From Lepidodermella squamata (taxonomy: Eukaryota > Animalia > Gastrotricha), in assembly GCA_047495785.1 (NCBI GenBank), contig JBLDXI010000013.1, positions 124,001 through 188,000 on the forward strand: 64,000 nucleotides of DNA, read 5' to 3'. Below the pieces are notes generated by a model. The model did no database searches, was not told where the DNA came from, and worked only from the letters and a program-made list of their open reading frames with translations. The position numbers were made by a program, and so were the translations under genes. Of this stretch, positions 22,216 to 36,122 are shown piece by piece (position 1 is the first letter of the stretch; every line of letters starts with the position of its first letter).

Positions 22216-25200
22216 TTCCCGAGTCAATTCAAGGTTATATTGCAATATCAAATCCCTATTATCTGAACAAAATTTCGAGGTGATTAAAGATTGTCGACAA
22301 AAATAGCTCATTCAATTACAGAACAGCGTTCCTGAAGTGATTCGATTAGGTTACACGTCGACTCCGATTAGGCTATGAGCCGAAAAAAGGGCGTCACTTT
22401 CCGGCTAAATTTAGCCGGGCGAACTCAATGAGCCTGCGTTTATTACCTCCGGTTGGTGCACGTGATAATTTGCACAGTAGGCGCCTGATTCCTTTGCTCC
22501 ACGTCTAAATATTACCGGCGCCATAAAATTTCGATGAGCACAGTCACAGTTAATAACAATCAAACTTGCTGTCTGTTGACAATAAATAATAATAGAAGCA
22601 AACTATATTACTGCATGTCGGGCACGCGACAATTGGTTGTGAACGAAAGATAGATACAGGAGAGGAAAGATAGGCAGTGTAATCATGTTTGAATAAAACA
22701 AGTCCAACTGTGCCATATTGCAAAAGCAGGGCAACAAAACACTTATGCACGAAGGTGCAAGCGAGATGACAACGATATGAAGATCCGAGTTGATTGGTGT
22801 TATTAAAATTGTTAATTGCGAATAATACGGCAAGCGCACTCGCGGCGCGCTGATGATCACGTTCGAGCCGCGCGCGCGGATTAACTACGGTGAGGTGATT
22901 AGCGGATAAACAAGGCGCGCTAACATACCGTGGGGTGATATAAAATTTAAAAATAACAATATCAACGACGATTATGGGAGTTATCGCAACTCGCTGTCCC
23001 ATGACGGCAGGCGCACTTTTATGACGACGCACGCCCGATCGCTATTACACCTGATTGAGCGAGACGGCTGCTAAGCGTGTTTTTGACAACACGGCCGACA
23101 ATTCAATTAGAGTAAAAGCTTAGCAGCGCGCCGCCGAGCAGGATGATGATGATAATAACTCATCTTTCTCGATAATTATCAGCATCACGATGCTTCTTTA
23201 TTGCCACAGCGGTCGCATACCTTGGCAATTTGCACTTGACAAAAATCGAACACGCGGGATAACCGGGACAAAGCACTGCTATCGCAAGCGAAACAGGAGC
23301 CCGAGAAGGACCCGTCCTCAGAGGCACCAGCATTGCGCTCATCGCTTTATTATGCTTTAATTTTTACTAGCGAAGCAAATGAGCGCAATAAAATGAAATT
23401 GCGATTGATAGTTTTCGATAAAGCGCGTAATTGCTCAGCGATTAGGTACCAGATTAATCATACGCCGTCATCATTCCAGCATGGAGCAATTATGGCAATG
23501 GCAATAATGTCGATACATGCGGACGAATTCAATGACGACAATGATGACGACATCAAAAGCCCGGTTTTTTAGAGCCAGAATCAGTCAGCTGAAAACGAAG
23601 ACACCTTGTGTGCGCTGATTAATGTAGCGAACCAATATCAAAAAAGGAGCTGTAGTCCGAAATGAGCCGTTCGAGTGCGGTATTGCTCCAGCGCGGCGCA
23701 TCTGGTGGCCATATGCGGAGCAAATCACCGCGAGTCGGAAAATAATTTCGGGCGAATAAAAAACGATTTATTTGCCCATAAAAAATAATAGCGAATATAA
23801 TTGCGATTATGATAGAGTCAATAGTAATTTAAAGAAATGAAAATATTGCCGGCGCTTGTACAAAAGGCTTGCACGCACTAAACGCGATCGGGTGAAATCA
23901 TTGCGAATATTGGAAGGGCTTGTTTAATAAATGTGTTGGGCGCCTGCAACAACAACAAGTTACAACTGGGGAAATGGGGGTCAATTAGCGGCGGGCGCCA
24001 CAATACAGGCGCTCGCTTTGCGCGATGGGAGCTCGAGAGTTGCGAAAATAATTCTATGGGGACGACGACAACGACGGCGACGACAGCGGCGGCGCTCGGG
24101 ACCAAAGTGTGGCAGCAGCTGGGATCAAAATTTACGGCAAACACACAGGTGCGACAATTAAGAATGCAATCGGTATTTGCTGTGCGACTGTAACAACCGA
24201 CGTAACACGCCGTGCGGGATATCACTGAACTATAAAAGCAGTGTTTATTGTTATTACAGCCATTCCCCAGGTTGACGGCATGTTTCAACAGCGTGCAATA
24301 ATACAACGCAATGGGTGGCTGTGAGAAATCGATAGGGGAGGGCGGAGAAACAGAGACTGACAGCAGAACGTGACGGCTTCGAAAAGTGAAGTCAAGTACG
24401 CGTAAGTGTAATTGTAATTAGACGGCTAGTGTAGCAGCCATATTGCTTCGGGAATATTGCCTTGCGAATATGAGACAACCGCCCAGACAAAATCGTTCCA
24501 ATTTTTGCTAACAATAAACTGGCACCATTTGTATAACAATAACAATAACCATCATCGTGCACGTAACCGCGTTCGCATCAGTCGTTAACAGGGCGCCACT
24601 ACGTGCTTGCGAATTGACAATATAGGGCGGTGTTTCGCGTTATTAGTTGTTTGGTTTAGAGCTCAAATGTAAACAGGACAAGAGCGAAGAGGTGATGCAA
24701 ATCATCTACGGCAAAATTTAACGATGACGACGGTAGCGACAGTAAAAGTATTAACGCGCGCATACAATGAGGCAGCTGGTTCGGGCTTGGTTCGGGCACT
24801 AATCCAGCGACAGGCGAATTAAGCTGCACTCTCGTCACACATGGTGGTCCTGCTACGTGTGGTCAAGTTAAACTCAACAGTAATTTCGTTTCACTTGGCA
24901 AATGCCGCCTTTCGATTGCGATTCAAACAATAACAACAACAAAGCGAGGATTAAAGCGAGTAATGTCGCCAAATATTCGATTGCAATGTCGGACATTGCG
25001 AATTCAACTGCCCATACAACATTCTCACTGCTATAAAAGACTAATTAGCATTGTGAAAAGTGAAGACCGTATAGGTAATTATGGGCCATGCAAGGTGGTT
25101 TATTTTTATTTACGAAAAAAGTGGTTATAAGGGAAAGATCTAAATGTTCAAGCCTATAGCAATATTGTTGGCTTTGAAAACGTGCAAGGTCGGCGCTCTT

Positions 25201-25953
25201 CGGGAAGTATTTGCTCTTCGGGGATTTGCAGCTGGCTTCGGTTTTATCTTGCCAATCCAATTCATCTTCTTTTGTTTTTCAATCAATCCAAGCTTTTGTT
25301 GACCGACTCTTTTCCAACCACTTGCATTTTTTCAAAAGCTTGGATGGATTTTTACTTTTGCTCGCCCTATTAAACGTAACGGGAAGTGGGCATAACGGGA
25401 AGCGACTTTGTCATCGTGCTCTCGCTGCTTTCAGAATTTCAGACTTATAATTTTTTGTATTCATCCTAAAGCTACAGGTACATATTGACACCCTGTCGAT
25501 TCGAAAACTCTCAAACGTGGGAGGTCGCCAATGAACTCAATGCAAATGCGCCGTTTAACTCGGCGTCGCGATTAACGGGGCGCACAGAGTGAGATTTTGG
25601 AGGGGCCTAATACCCGGCCGCGGAAAACTGTTTTCGCGCATTTATATAGTTTCCACAGTCAACTTCAATAAAAGCTTCAAAATAATGCGATAAAAAATTA
25701 AGGTGGAACAGATGCAGCAGAAAGACAAGTCACGCAACCGGTAAAAAACCCAATCATGCGTGAACAGGCAAAAAACCTTGCGGTCGTGCAGTAGATAGCT
25801 GTATGGACTTGGTAACATGGTGCATCCTTATCTCAATCCCTAGTGAACATAAAAACAATCTGAAAGTTGCCCGTCTATGTTTTAGAACTGCTGCTTATAC
25901 TTTACAGGCTATTATTTTGCTAAGATTTTAGGTCCGTCTCCCTTTACTTCCCT

Positions 25954-27150
25954 TTACTTCCAAGGCTTCCCATGCATCGTCTTGATTTCTACTAAATTTT
26001 GAGCGACAAATTGCGAATATAAAATTGAACAATGGCATATTTTATTTTGCTCTTACAACTTTCAGGGTCGGTTGTATTTGGAAATGCCGGGGCTAAGGTC
26101 TCAGCTGATACTTGGATATTACCAACATTTAGTCGTCGTATATTTTTTGGATTCCCCATTGGGATCCAACAGCTTCCCGGTGAAAGATCCTGACTGCCGC
26201 TGCTGCATCCAGAAAAACTACCTATAAGCAACAACAAAATAAAAAATAACCTATTGAAACAATTATTAACAAATTCTGGTCAGCACATAATACGTATGTG
26301 TTTCTTCTTCGCACGTCGGCTCAAGTAAAGACACTTATAAATTTTTTGTTAGACCGTGAGTATGGCGTAATATAACGCAAAATTATAAGTCAGTTTCGCT
26401 GACCCTTTCCACCGTTATTGCAGCGCCTCGCCGACAAGTCGATCCTTCGCATTTATAATCCAATAACACCAGGCATTGCGATACCCCATTTTCCACTGGA
26501 TTATCCAAAAGCAAGGAAACACCATTTCACGAAACATATTTATTACAATTTCTCAATAATTCCCATCAAAACATGCAATACAAGTCATCTTCTAACTTCT
26601 TCAACGAGAAGAATCAGGTAACGAGATAGAACAAGAAGCGCGCTGTACATACATTTCACTGGCAAAATCGCTTTCAATGTAGAAGCCAACAATAACAGCA
26701 TGTATCTTCAAATTTTCTACTGAATAAATTACTCATAAGACTGAATAGGTGGCGGCTGACGACCCACCACTATGATTGTAACTAGCATCTTGGGGAAATT
26801 TTTGCTTCGTACCGCGGTCAATATTCTACCATAAAAGATGACAGGTCAACCAGCCAAAGCTACCTGAATTTCTATTCGGCGTTAATTGGCTGGCGCCGTA
26901 TCTCGAATAGTGATAAGGAATATCAAGTTTAGGCGCAAACAAGAAGTCATCACACAAAGAGAGAAGCTATCACCGTCAAACGTTCTTCCAATGAATACAT
27001 GAACGCTAATTGTAATAATATGCCCATTTCTGTAGCACTATAGAAGAATATAATCTTGTTCATATAGATTCATTCAAATAGTACAAGCAATAGAATATCC
27101 TCGTCGACATTCCATAACTGACTTTTCGACTTGGCTCATCTTCAGATGCA
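25954..27150 (-). CDS. probable multi-exon gene of unknown function; 5' part unresolved
   Basis: Phase-consistent 3' exons 26495-26404, 26333-26294, 26221-26057 and 25991-25954 with 65-72 nt GT-AG introns. Further AG/GT-bounded open segments occur up to about 27150. No recognisable domain. Confidence 0.4.
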
Positions 27151-27691
27151 AAGGTTCAATTAGCAACATTAGTTATTTTGGAAGAACAAAAATTTTTTAA
27201 TTAGAGAGTAATGGCCTCCCATATAACTGACAACGGTCGAGGTGAACGTATTCACACATCGCCTCATGACAGTCTCGAGAAATAACTTTATAACATTAGA
27301 CTAATTGCACTGGCATTTCGGCAAAGTCAACTATAACTTATCTAATTTTTTTCATGACAAATGACGGCGCTGACACGCTATCATCATCTGTTATCAATGT
27401 AAAAAACGAAGATCAACAAAAACATAACGTAACGAAATATAATTCAGCTGCACGCCGAACTTTTGTCAGCCTGTAGTGAATCAATCTTTTCTATAAGCTT
27501 CGAAACAAAACCAATTTTTGTGGAAAAATGAAATTCTTCAATAAATTGAAGGAGGTTAGAACAAAAGTAAAATAATATTTCTCCTCAGCAAAACATGCTG
27601 ATCGAAGTTGTTGCCAAGGCCAGTTTCCAGATCCAAGAGCCATTTTGCAACAATCACGTAAAATCTGATATGTTTGTAAAACGCATCCATA

Positions 27692-29227
27692 TCATGCCCT
27701 CGTCGATGGATTTTGATCGAGAACCGCATTTAGTGACATACTCGCCCCGGCCATGCCTGTCGCTGACGCAGCACCGGTTACAGCTGCTGTACCGTTACCG
27801 CCCCCACCGCCTGTCGATGTTTGATTGTTTCCAGTTGCAGCGCCGCCACCGACAGGAGGTAGCACTGGAGTGCCAGTGCCAGCTGATGCTCCCACGCTGG
27901 TATTAGGTGCTTTTTGCTTGAGCAATGTCCTGAAAACAAAAATGGCAACTGAGGATTACACCATATTCTCCACAGTTATACTCACCAGTCGAAACAATAA
28001 TCATACTGAAAATTGAGAGTTCGAAAGAGAATCCTGAACAATTGGCGCAAATACCTGAAAAATATTGATAATTACAAAAGTTAAAGACTATACACTTATC
28101 TTACATGTAGTCTGGTGGTTCATCAAATCGAAGACCTCGACAATAGTTTAGATACATAGCGAATTCCGCGGGAAAGCCGCGACATAGAACCTGTTGATTC
28201 ATCGGTAAAGGTTATTGAAATCTAGAGGAATAATAAATGAGCTAATAGCAAACCTCGACTGGCGTAGCCATTTTCTTTTCGCTGATTCGCTCGTATTTCT
28301 GCTTCTTGGTAGCTGCTTTTAATCCTTGCCATGGTAGGGATCCTCGATTGAAGTAGATTAATACGTAGCCGAGAGATTCCATGTCGTCCCTTCTACTTTG
28401 CTCAATGCCGAGGTGAGCATTGATTGAGGCATATCGGGCAGTTCCTGCGACAAACGCGGATAGAAATGATACCAGTTAACTTTCAGCAATGTTACCTGTT
28501 AGATTTTTGTCTTCTCGATAAGGTATGTGTTGGCGAGTTCGACTGTCGCGATATTTTTTGGCAAGGCCGAAATCGATAATAAAGACTTTGTTGCAATGAC
28601 GACCGATGCCCATGAGGAAGTTATCAGGCTTGATATCCCTGAATATACCCGGAGAAAACTCATTACCTTAATTGAAAAAAATTAGAAGCATACCTGTGAA
28701 TGAAGTTCCGATTATGTACGTATTCGATGCGGCTGATCATTTGATCCGCAAGCATCAAAACTGTTTTCATGGTAAACCTACGCGAGCAGAAGTTGAAGAG
28801 ATCCTACACACATTGGCTGTTAATCCGATTGTCACAAGTCAAGTTCAACAAACCTCTAAACTGGGTCCCAACAGATCCATCACAAGGACATTATATTCTC
28901 GCTCTTGACCGAACCAACGGATGTGAGGTATACCGACTCCGCCTTGTAGCAATCTTACCGCGGAAATATTTTAAATTGCTTATAAAACGTGTCCCTTTCT
29001 CATTGAAGCCGAGCATACCTGTATAATTTGCTTTCATAAAGCAGCTGCGGATGACGAGCCCTTTGCGATTCGATTTTCACCGCTACTTCTTCGCCATTCA
29101 AAATGTTGATGCCAAGAAATATATCACCGAAGGAGCCACTTCCTATTTTCCTGACGAGTCTATATTTGCCCCCGACAGTGAAGTCCATTCTAGAGAGCGC
29201 TCGATCGTTCAAGCGTTCTCCCTCCAT
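27692..29227 (-). CDS. CSNK1A1: casein kinase 1 alpha
   Basis: [92 protein letters not shown]; 7 short introns; Gly/Thr-rich tail. Confidence 0.96.
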
Positions 29228-32200
29228 CTTGACTAAGATCTATAAAAAGCCAATTTACAGTTTGATGAAAAATTTAGACTGAGAGTTGAATAAAGAGACG
29301 AAGTAAGTGCATGGCGATTGGTAATGGTATTTGTTAGCGCATACTCAGAGCTTAGGGATCTCAATTCTCTCATTCGAAGCTGAAATTCCAGTCAGAAGGG
29401 TCAGTGAGTGTCCGTTAGACCTCAAGAGCAAAAGAGACCAATATAACAACAAGAGGTTCGACTTCCTTTTGATCCCTTCACCCGGTGGCTTCTACGGAAG
29501 ACAAATTCGGGCGGCCGTTGGGGTATAATGTAGATGCATATGTGCTGACACTTACAAACGCGGTGGACCGCTCAGCTCGAAAATGCATTGCAATCGTCGG
29601 TTGTGGAATTGGAATTCAACTTGGATCCAACTCTCTGGTGGGCGTGATCAAAATTCCGACTAAAAAGCGTAATCAGCCTACCAACCCCTGAACTTCACAT
29701 TTAACTGCCAGTCAAGTCCAACCTGGAAAATTTAAGGGGTCCCAGTTAAAAAATGTAGAATTGGCATAAAACCCAGGAAGCGGAGAGAAAATACGGACCT
29801 TTCACATTTTCGTGATATGCGAAATCAGGCACTCAAGACTCAAGTCGACTGAGATTCTTTGGGGTTTTACTTGCTATGCGTTTCATTAAACCAGCGCAGC
29901 TGTCTAGGCAACAATAAACCATCACTAACATGCATTTAACAAAGGGAAATACTGACCAAAGGTCAAACCCAAAAGCAAATATCCACAATGGAGCTAATAT
30001 GCTCACGAGTTGCAAAATCAAAACTCCCCGCCGATACAGAAATCAACGAAAGAACAGTAGGATATATATCATCTTGTATCGTACATCTCACCTAAAATGA
30101 ATTTCACTGATGGCTACGAAAGAGTTTGATGAGTAAAATAACAGTTACACGACTGCTTGATTATTTACATCGTTGCGTTCCACATTTTGCATAAGCTTTT
30201 ATGTAAGTATGGGTCGCTCAAGTAGGCTAAATAAGTATTAAGTATAAGGTGATATACGAGGTGAGATGTTACGAAACCTTCGACTGGGATTATCAAAAAA
30301 ATTCACCCTCAGCGTTCAGCGTTGAGTATTGTGCAGTTCATATATGAAGAATGCCAAGGTTGTAAAAAAAAATCATTCATGGAGAAGAACTGAAGGTTTC
30401 AATTTCAACCCTAAGAAAGCAGTAAGCCGATAGCATTGATGATGTATTGATCATTAACGATCATTGATGAACATGACGCCATCCGAGGGTCGTCCGTCGT
30501 CCGTTAGGCTACTGCTAACCTGAGACATGAGACGCTCTGCGACCGATTGTGAGGTAGAAGACTTCGCATCGCGTCCTTGCCTCCCTTCTTTATCCGACAA
30601 AAAAATTACAGCTCAAAGAAAAAGTACTGCATTAATCAATTTAACCCATAGAAAATATTTTTTATAGCACGTTGAAAAAGTGGTTCAAATATGACTGCAG
30701 TTTCCATGGAAGCAGTGAATGACGCTGTCAGCTTGAGGCCCGCACCACTTCTATGGTTTGAGGGCCCCACAGAGGTGTAGACATGTCGAGGTGAAGGCAT
30801 GTGATATGGAGACTAACAAATTTTGAAACGAGCATAATCGACGAATAATTGTAAATGCTTGTTGGTTAAATGTGGCACCGATTTGCATTCACGCATAAGC
30901 TACCAACCTTCCGCATGTCTCTTTACATATTGTAACCTGTAACCTGGATACCTATGTACAATCTGCTACAAATGATGAATTACGTTGGAATGGCCAGGGT
31001 AGACAATAAGGCTTCGGTTTTTTTACGTAAGCCAACTCGATGAAAGGCGAACTAATTTTTTAATCGTGCAGCACGCATAAATAATTACGATGGTCAATAA
31101 TTAGGAAACCGCATCTCAAAATTCGCCAGTGATAAAAAATACCTACCTGAACTCTTTTTTGAAAGTTTTTTGATATCCATGGCATATTTAGAAAAGTGCA
31201 CACAAATCCGATATTCCTAACGATTCAGTGTGATTTTGGCCTCCCAAGTCAAAAAGTGGGCGAAACAAATCGCAAAGAAAAACGAAATCAACGAATAAAT
31301 TGATCCACCTGTTAACACCGCCACGCTACCTACCTGTCAATATGACTTGAACGCTGATTCATCATCAGCACTCAGCAGCCAATTCAGTTACTAGGAGTTC
31401 AAGTCGACAACCGCCCCAGTTTCGAAGAACACGCACTCCTGGTACATGCCAAGTCCCGTAGCGGGTCTTTCGCCCTCCGACTAGCGGACCTGAACGGATC
31501 CTATAGTTAGATCCTAGAACAAGAAGCAAGAAGCTATCTAGAACAGCCTTTAGGACTCGCGGCTCAGCTACTGCGACGTAATACTCAGTGTTGTCAAATG
31601 CAATGCCATCCGAGCGCTAATGATGAATGATCACCCGTGCCGTCGGCGATCTACGCCGCCACTCATTTCACTCTCGCTGGAAGAATTCCGGTAATAGGCA
31701 GCCTGTTTTTCAGTTGAGTTTGTTTTCAGCCCCTGACGCACTTGTTAGCCTTGTCCTGGGTTGTTGTTACGGTTGTTAGGTACCGACAAGCTCCCGTAAG
31801 AGACGGGAGTGATGGTCTACATGGTGCCCTACTCTTTCGAATTCACTTCGAGTGTAATGGGGGTCGCGAGAATCACGGTGAAAAATACCATTTCTCGAAA
31901 AATTCCAATTCTCCATTGAGACAACATCAATGATCCTGGTAATGTGACGCCTTCATCTTCATTTTAAAACTCCGAAACCCCTTTTTCAATCCTGTTCCAC
32001 AATTGCTGCTGTCCTTGGTTAAGGCGGAGTCGCTGCTGAAACATGGGCCATTTTGTGGCTACCCCGAAGGTAATATCTTCACAAGTGAATGAACGACTGT
32101 GGCAATTAAATCAAATAAGTATTGTGGGTTGTTTTATTATCAATCTGTTGGAATAGTAATGTTTTCATCGCTATATTTTCATTCGAATAAGACAATAAGC

Positions 32201-32272
32201 TTCGGCATTTCAAAAATCAAAACAAGACAACAAATCAATCAACAAGTTCCATTACTTGTCAGAATAAAGCTC

Positions 32273-33511
32273 TTAATCGTCAAATTTGAACAGCGATAAA
32301 ACTGGAGCTTCTTTCTCCACTCTTTCTCGACCTCCCAAATATGTGAGCTCGATGACAACCAAGCAGGCGACAATTTTACCGCCAAGCGACGCCACAAGTT
32401 TCGATGAAGCTTCGAGGGTTCCTAAACACAAATAAATAAAACACAATTGATGATAGCGGATTAAAAATTCACCCCCGGTTGCCAGCAAATCGTCAACAAT
32501 TAAAACCTTAGCACCGTGCTTCATTGCATCTTTCTGTATCTCAATTTCATCCTATAAGACATCCAAAGAAAGCGTAAGTATAGCGACATTTTTTGTTAAT
32601 TACCTTCCTGTACTCAAGCTCATAAGCCAAGGTTTGAACCTCTCCCGGTAGTTTGCCCTTTTTCCGTACTGGAGCGAATGCCGCACCAAGTTCCAATGCA
32701 AGCATAGGACCGAACAGGAAACCTCGCGCGTCGAGACCCACTACTACATCAATTTTGGATCCGTTGGTGTACGAAGTGACAAGCTTCATAAGCTGCGAAA
32801 CCAAAAGACGCACGTTATCCGGGGATTGAAACAGCGGAAATACATCCCTATTTGGTGGAAAAAATTCGGAAATAGACCCTACATAATTTATCATCGCGTC
32901 AAGATTGCATGCTGATTCCAGAAATCTCATTTACGAGCATCAGTTTGTTTGAATCTGCTTTCAAATAAGTAATGATCCCATGGAGAAATTGATTACTTTG
33001 CCTTCGAATATTCGACGATAACATATTTACTCAATCGAATTCGCCATTAAAAACCCAAAATGCATCAGACGATTTGCGAAATATATTCGATGATTAAAAA
33101 TTCGTCGCATGTAAAATAAAAGCTATCCAAATGCTGCCAAGCTGCCTTTAGACATTGTTAATGGTTCTTTAGCTAATTTTAAGTTGTTTGTTGATAATTT
33201 GGATAATATTCCTTGTGATAATAATAATGGCTAATAATCCTTGTGATTGATTGCAAGCCGGTCTAAAATAAAATAAAATAAAATAAATGACCTATTTCCA
33301 TTCAGCAATTGCCGTAACTTATTGCCAATATAAGAGCAATGACAAATGCAGATCATTTCTGACATAGCTTATGCGGTCACGGAATATTACGCATGCTACG
33401 TATGTCGGGTGTACAAAAATCACAATGGTTGTCTTACCTGAATTGTACTCCAGGTTTTGGAAAATCTTTCACCAGTCGAATTTGGCTCTTCAGCTTTTCC
33501 TTGTCATCCAT
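32273..33511 (-). CDS. APRT: adenine phosphoribosyltransferase
   Basis: Exon 1 [25 protein letters not shown]; intron 33437-32848; [37 protein letters not shown]. Confidence 0.95.
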
Positions 33512-33989
33512 ATTATATTGCAAGAGAAAATATACTTAAATGCTAAATAAATTAATGCCATCGTACAACATTAGCTAAGGTACAAATCAAGCTTGCAAAA
33601 CGAGCGCTGGCATAAATCCTCACAGCAACAAATCGTTGGTGTGTGGGATTTTAACGTTACCCGTCTTCCAGAATTTTTTACAGGTAATGAACAAGAAAGG
33701 TGATTCTTTAGTGTAGAATGTCTAAATTTCAAATAATCAATGAATAAATAATGAAATCAAGAATTGGGTGCTTCTGTTTTACTGCATACTATATTCTCAG
33801 AACTGAAAGAAGTAAGAAAGAAAGTGGTTGATTGGGTTACAGGTTTGATACAGGTTTGTTTCCGCGTTGCCCTATCTCGAATGACGCCTAGCCTTGAATA
33901 GAAGCGCACTTTTTTTTTTAGCAAATGCTGTTATTGGTTTAGGAGAGCGGTGGCATCCAACGAGTACGTTTGTTCGGCATTACCTAAGC

Positions 33990-35056
33990 CTTATTCTGTG
34001 CTGATTGATAAGCCTATGGAAAATACCTGGTAAATTGCGCTAGGTTGCAACGAACAGCGATGTCGGCGTACGGCGTACGCAACGATGACAGCTAACAGCA
34101 AACGAGACACGAGACTAGAACTATTATAGATTTTGATTCTGGCGTGAAGGGGCAGGCGATTCTGGCTTGTAATGCAAAGAGAGTAAGAGTCGCTTTTCAT
34201 AATTGTTCACAGCTTGAGCTTCGAGGACCAATCTTATTTCTACTCTACGTATTCGATCTTCCAGCTGCAGCGGAGCACGCTGTACTCTATCAATTTACTG
34301 ATGATGTCGCCGTGGCTGTTCCCGGCAAATCCGTTGACGAGCTTCAGACGAAGACTCAAGACACAGCGAGATCTAGACGTCGTCGATCGCTAGATGAGAG
34401 CAAACCGTCTGGCGCTAGCTGCAAATAAAAGCCAAGTGATAACGTTCGAGTACCTATCTCAGTCTCTCTAAACGGCAACAAATTAAAGCAGTCACTGAGC
34501 TAAATATCTCGGCCTCTAAATTGATTCCAAACTGACATGAATTGTGCATATCGAGAAAATTGCAAATCGTGATTCGTGGCGCAATATTCAATTTTATCAA
34601 CTGCGTCGGTGGTTGATTCGGCGTCAACTTCGAGGTGTCCACTGCGCTGTTCAGCAATATTTCGATCGAGGAGACAAAGTCTGGAGTACGACGACCAAAG
34701 AAAATCTGGACAGGCTCCAGCGACTTCAAAATCGCGCTTGCAAGGTAATCTGTGGCGTCCGCCTTCGTGACAAACGTCGAAGCGAAACATTGCGGTCTGC
34801 TCTAAACCTCGAGGATCTTGCCACTCGCCGTAAAGGCGATACTCAAAGTCTGTCGAACAGCAATAAGGCTGGTCACAAAGTTGCTGGGAATTTCGAATCA
34901 AGCTCTTCAACACATGAAGCTCCATCGCTCCCTGGCGGTCGCACCTCAACCGGACAGCTACGAGTCAGCTATGAAGCTGCTGCTCTTATCAGAGGTCAAC
35001 ATGGCCTGATAGACGCCAGAAAAATGACAAAAACTTTCGTTCGCGGTGCTTTTTGA
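33990..35056 (+). mobile_element. degenerate non-LTR retrotransposon RT fragment (CR1/L2-like)
   Basis: GPILFLLYVFDLP...YQFTDD (RT core), then a frameshifted VW....L..LQRLQNRACKVICG...L.LEDLATRR tail. Confidence 0.8.
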
Positions 35057-35545
35057 ATTTTTGGTGTTTGGTGATACATTGATATTTCTGTGCTTTTTGT
35101 ATACTATAGTTTTCAGTTGTTATCATAAAATCCCGCTAAATGAATGAATGAATAAACTAGTCTAATTTCTGCTAGCAGCACGAGATCGAAAGTTGATATA
35201 GTGAGTAGTGACCTTGTCGACGGTCGAGTAATTTCGACGCCATCAGAGCTGCTAAGCCTGGTTTTGTGATCGGAGATCGGACGAGGATTTGGGATTTGTT
35301 TATCGAGCATTCGATGAGGGCAGGTGCTAGAGAGTGCAAATATTTCCAAACTAGAGTCATTTCGTGAATAAAGCGTTTCCCCTCGATTGGTAGTCAACCT
35401 AACTGCTAGAGGAGAGCGGCAGCATCGAACGAGTACCCAGCAAAAAACAACAAAAAAATGAGCTGAAACCATATAAGGACAAAGCAATTCATTTTCAATT
35501 TTGAATTTTGGCGGGTTCATTATTTTCCATAATCAATGAAACTTG

Positions 35546-36075
35546 GTAACTAAATTTTATCAACTATTGATATTAAGAAAACACATAGTTGAAAACGATT
35601 CGAAGCATTGTGTGCGCGACCTGTATTCGCTATTGTTTGTGAACGGCTGCGCCCTTGGTGTTTTTTTGTAGTGACATTATTTGCTGGCTAGCGTGAAACG
35701 TGAAACTCATAGGATCCCATCCTGCCGGAGTTGTGAATGGTATCTGTGATTCGTGATTGTACGCATCAACTGCTTTCACACAAAGGATTCACCATGAACA
35801 ATTTGATCGCCGAATGCTCATTTGGTAATGCTTGATGCTGACAGTTGCCTTGAAAGTAACACCTACTATTCCTTTGTTATCGAATTATCTGTGACGAACT
35901 TCGTGAAAGTTAGTGCCTTGGAGTGACTAGTTTTCAAATTTTACGTCTCAGTGTAGTATTCTCTTTTCTACATTGCATCCTTCCCATCAATCAATACTGC
36001 TAAAACCTAAAACATGTCTTCATTTAACCGTTGAGATATGAAACAATGTTTAAAGAGACTTGCTCTCTCTTATAG
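35546..36075 (+). other. putative structured 5'UTR intron of LSM14
   Basis: GTAACT donor at 35546 and TATAG acceptor at 36075; internal stems 35560-35567/35585-35592 and 35603-35611/36043-36051. Confidence 0.5.
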
Positions 36076-36122
36076 CCCTTATATTAATTTGATTAAATTT
36101 GTTTAATGATCGCTGCTGGGTA

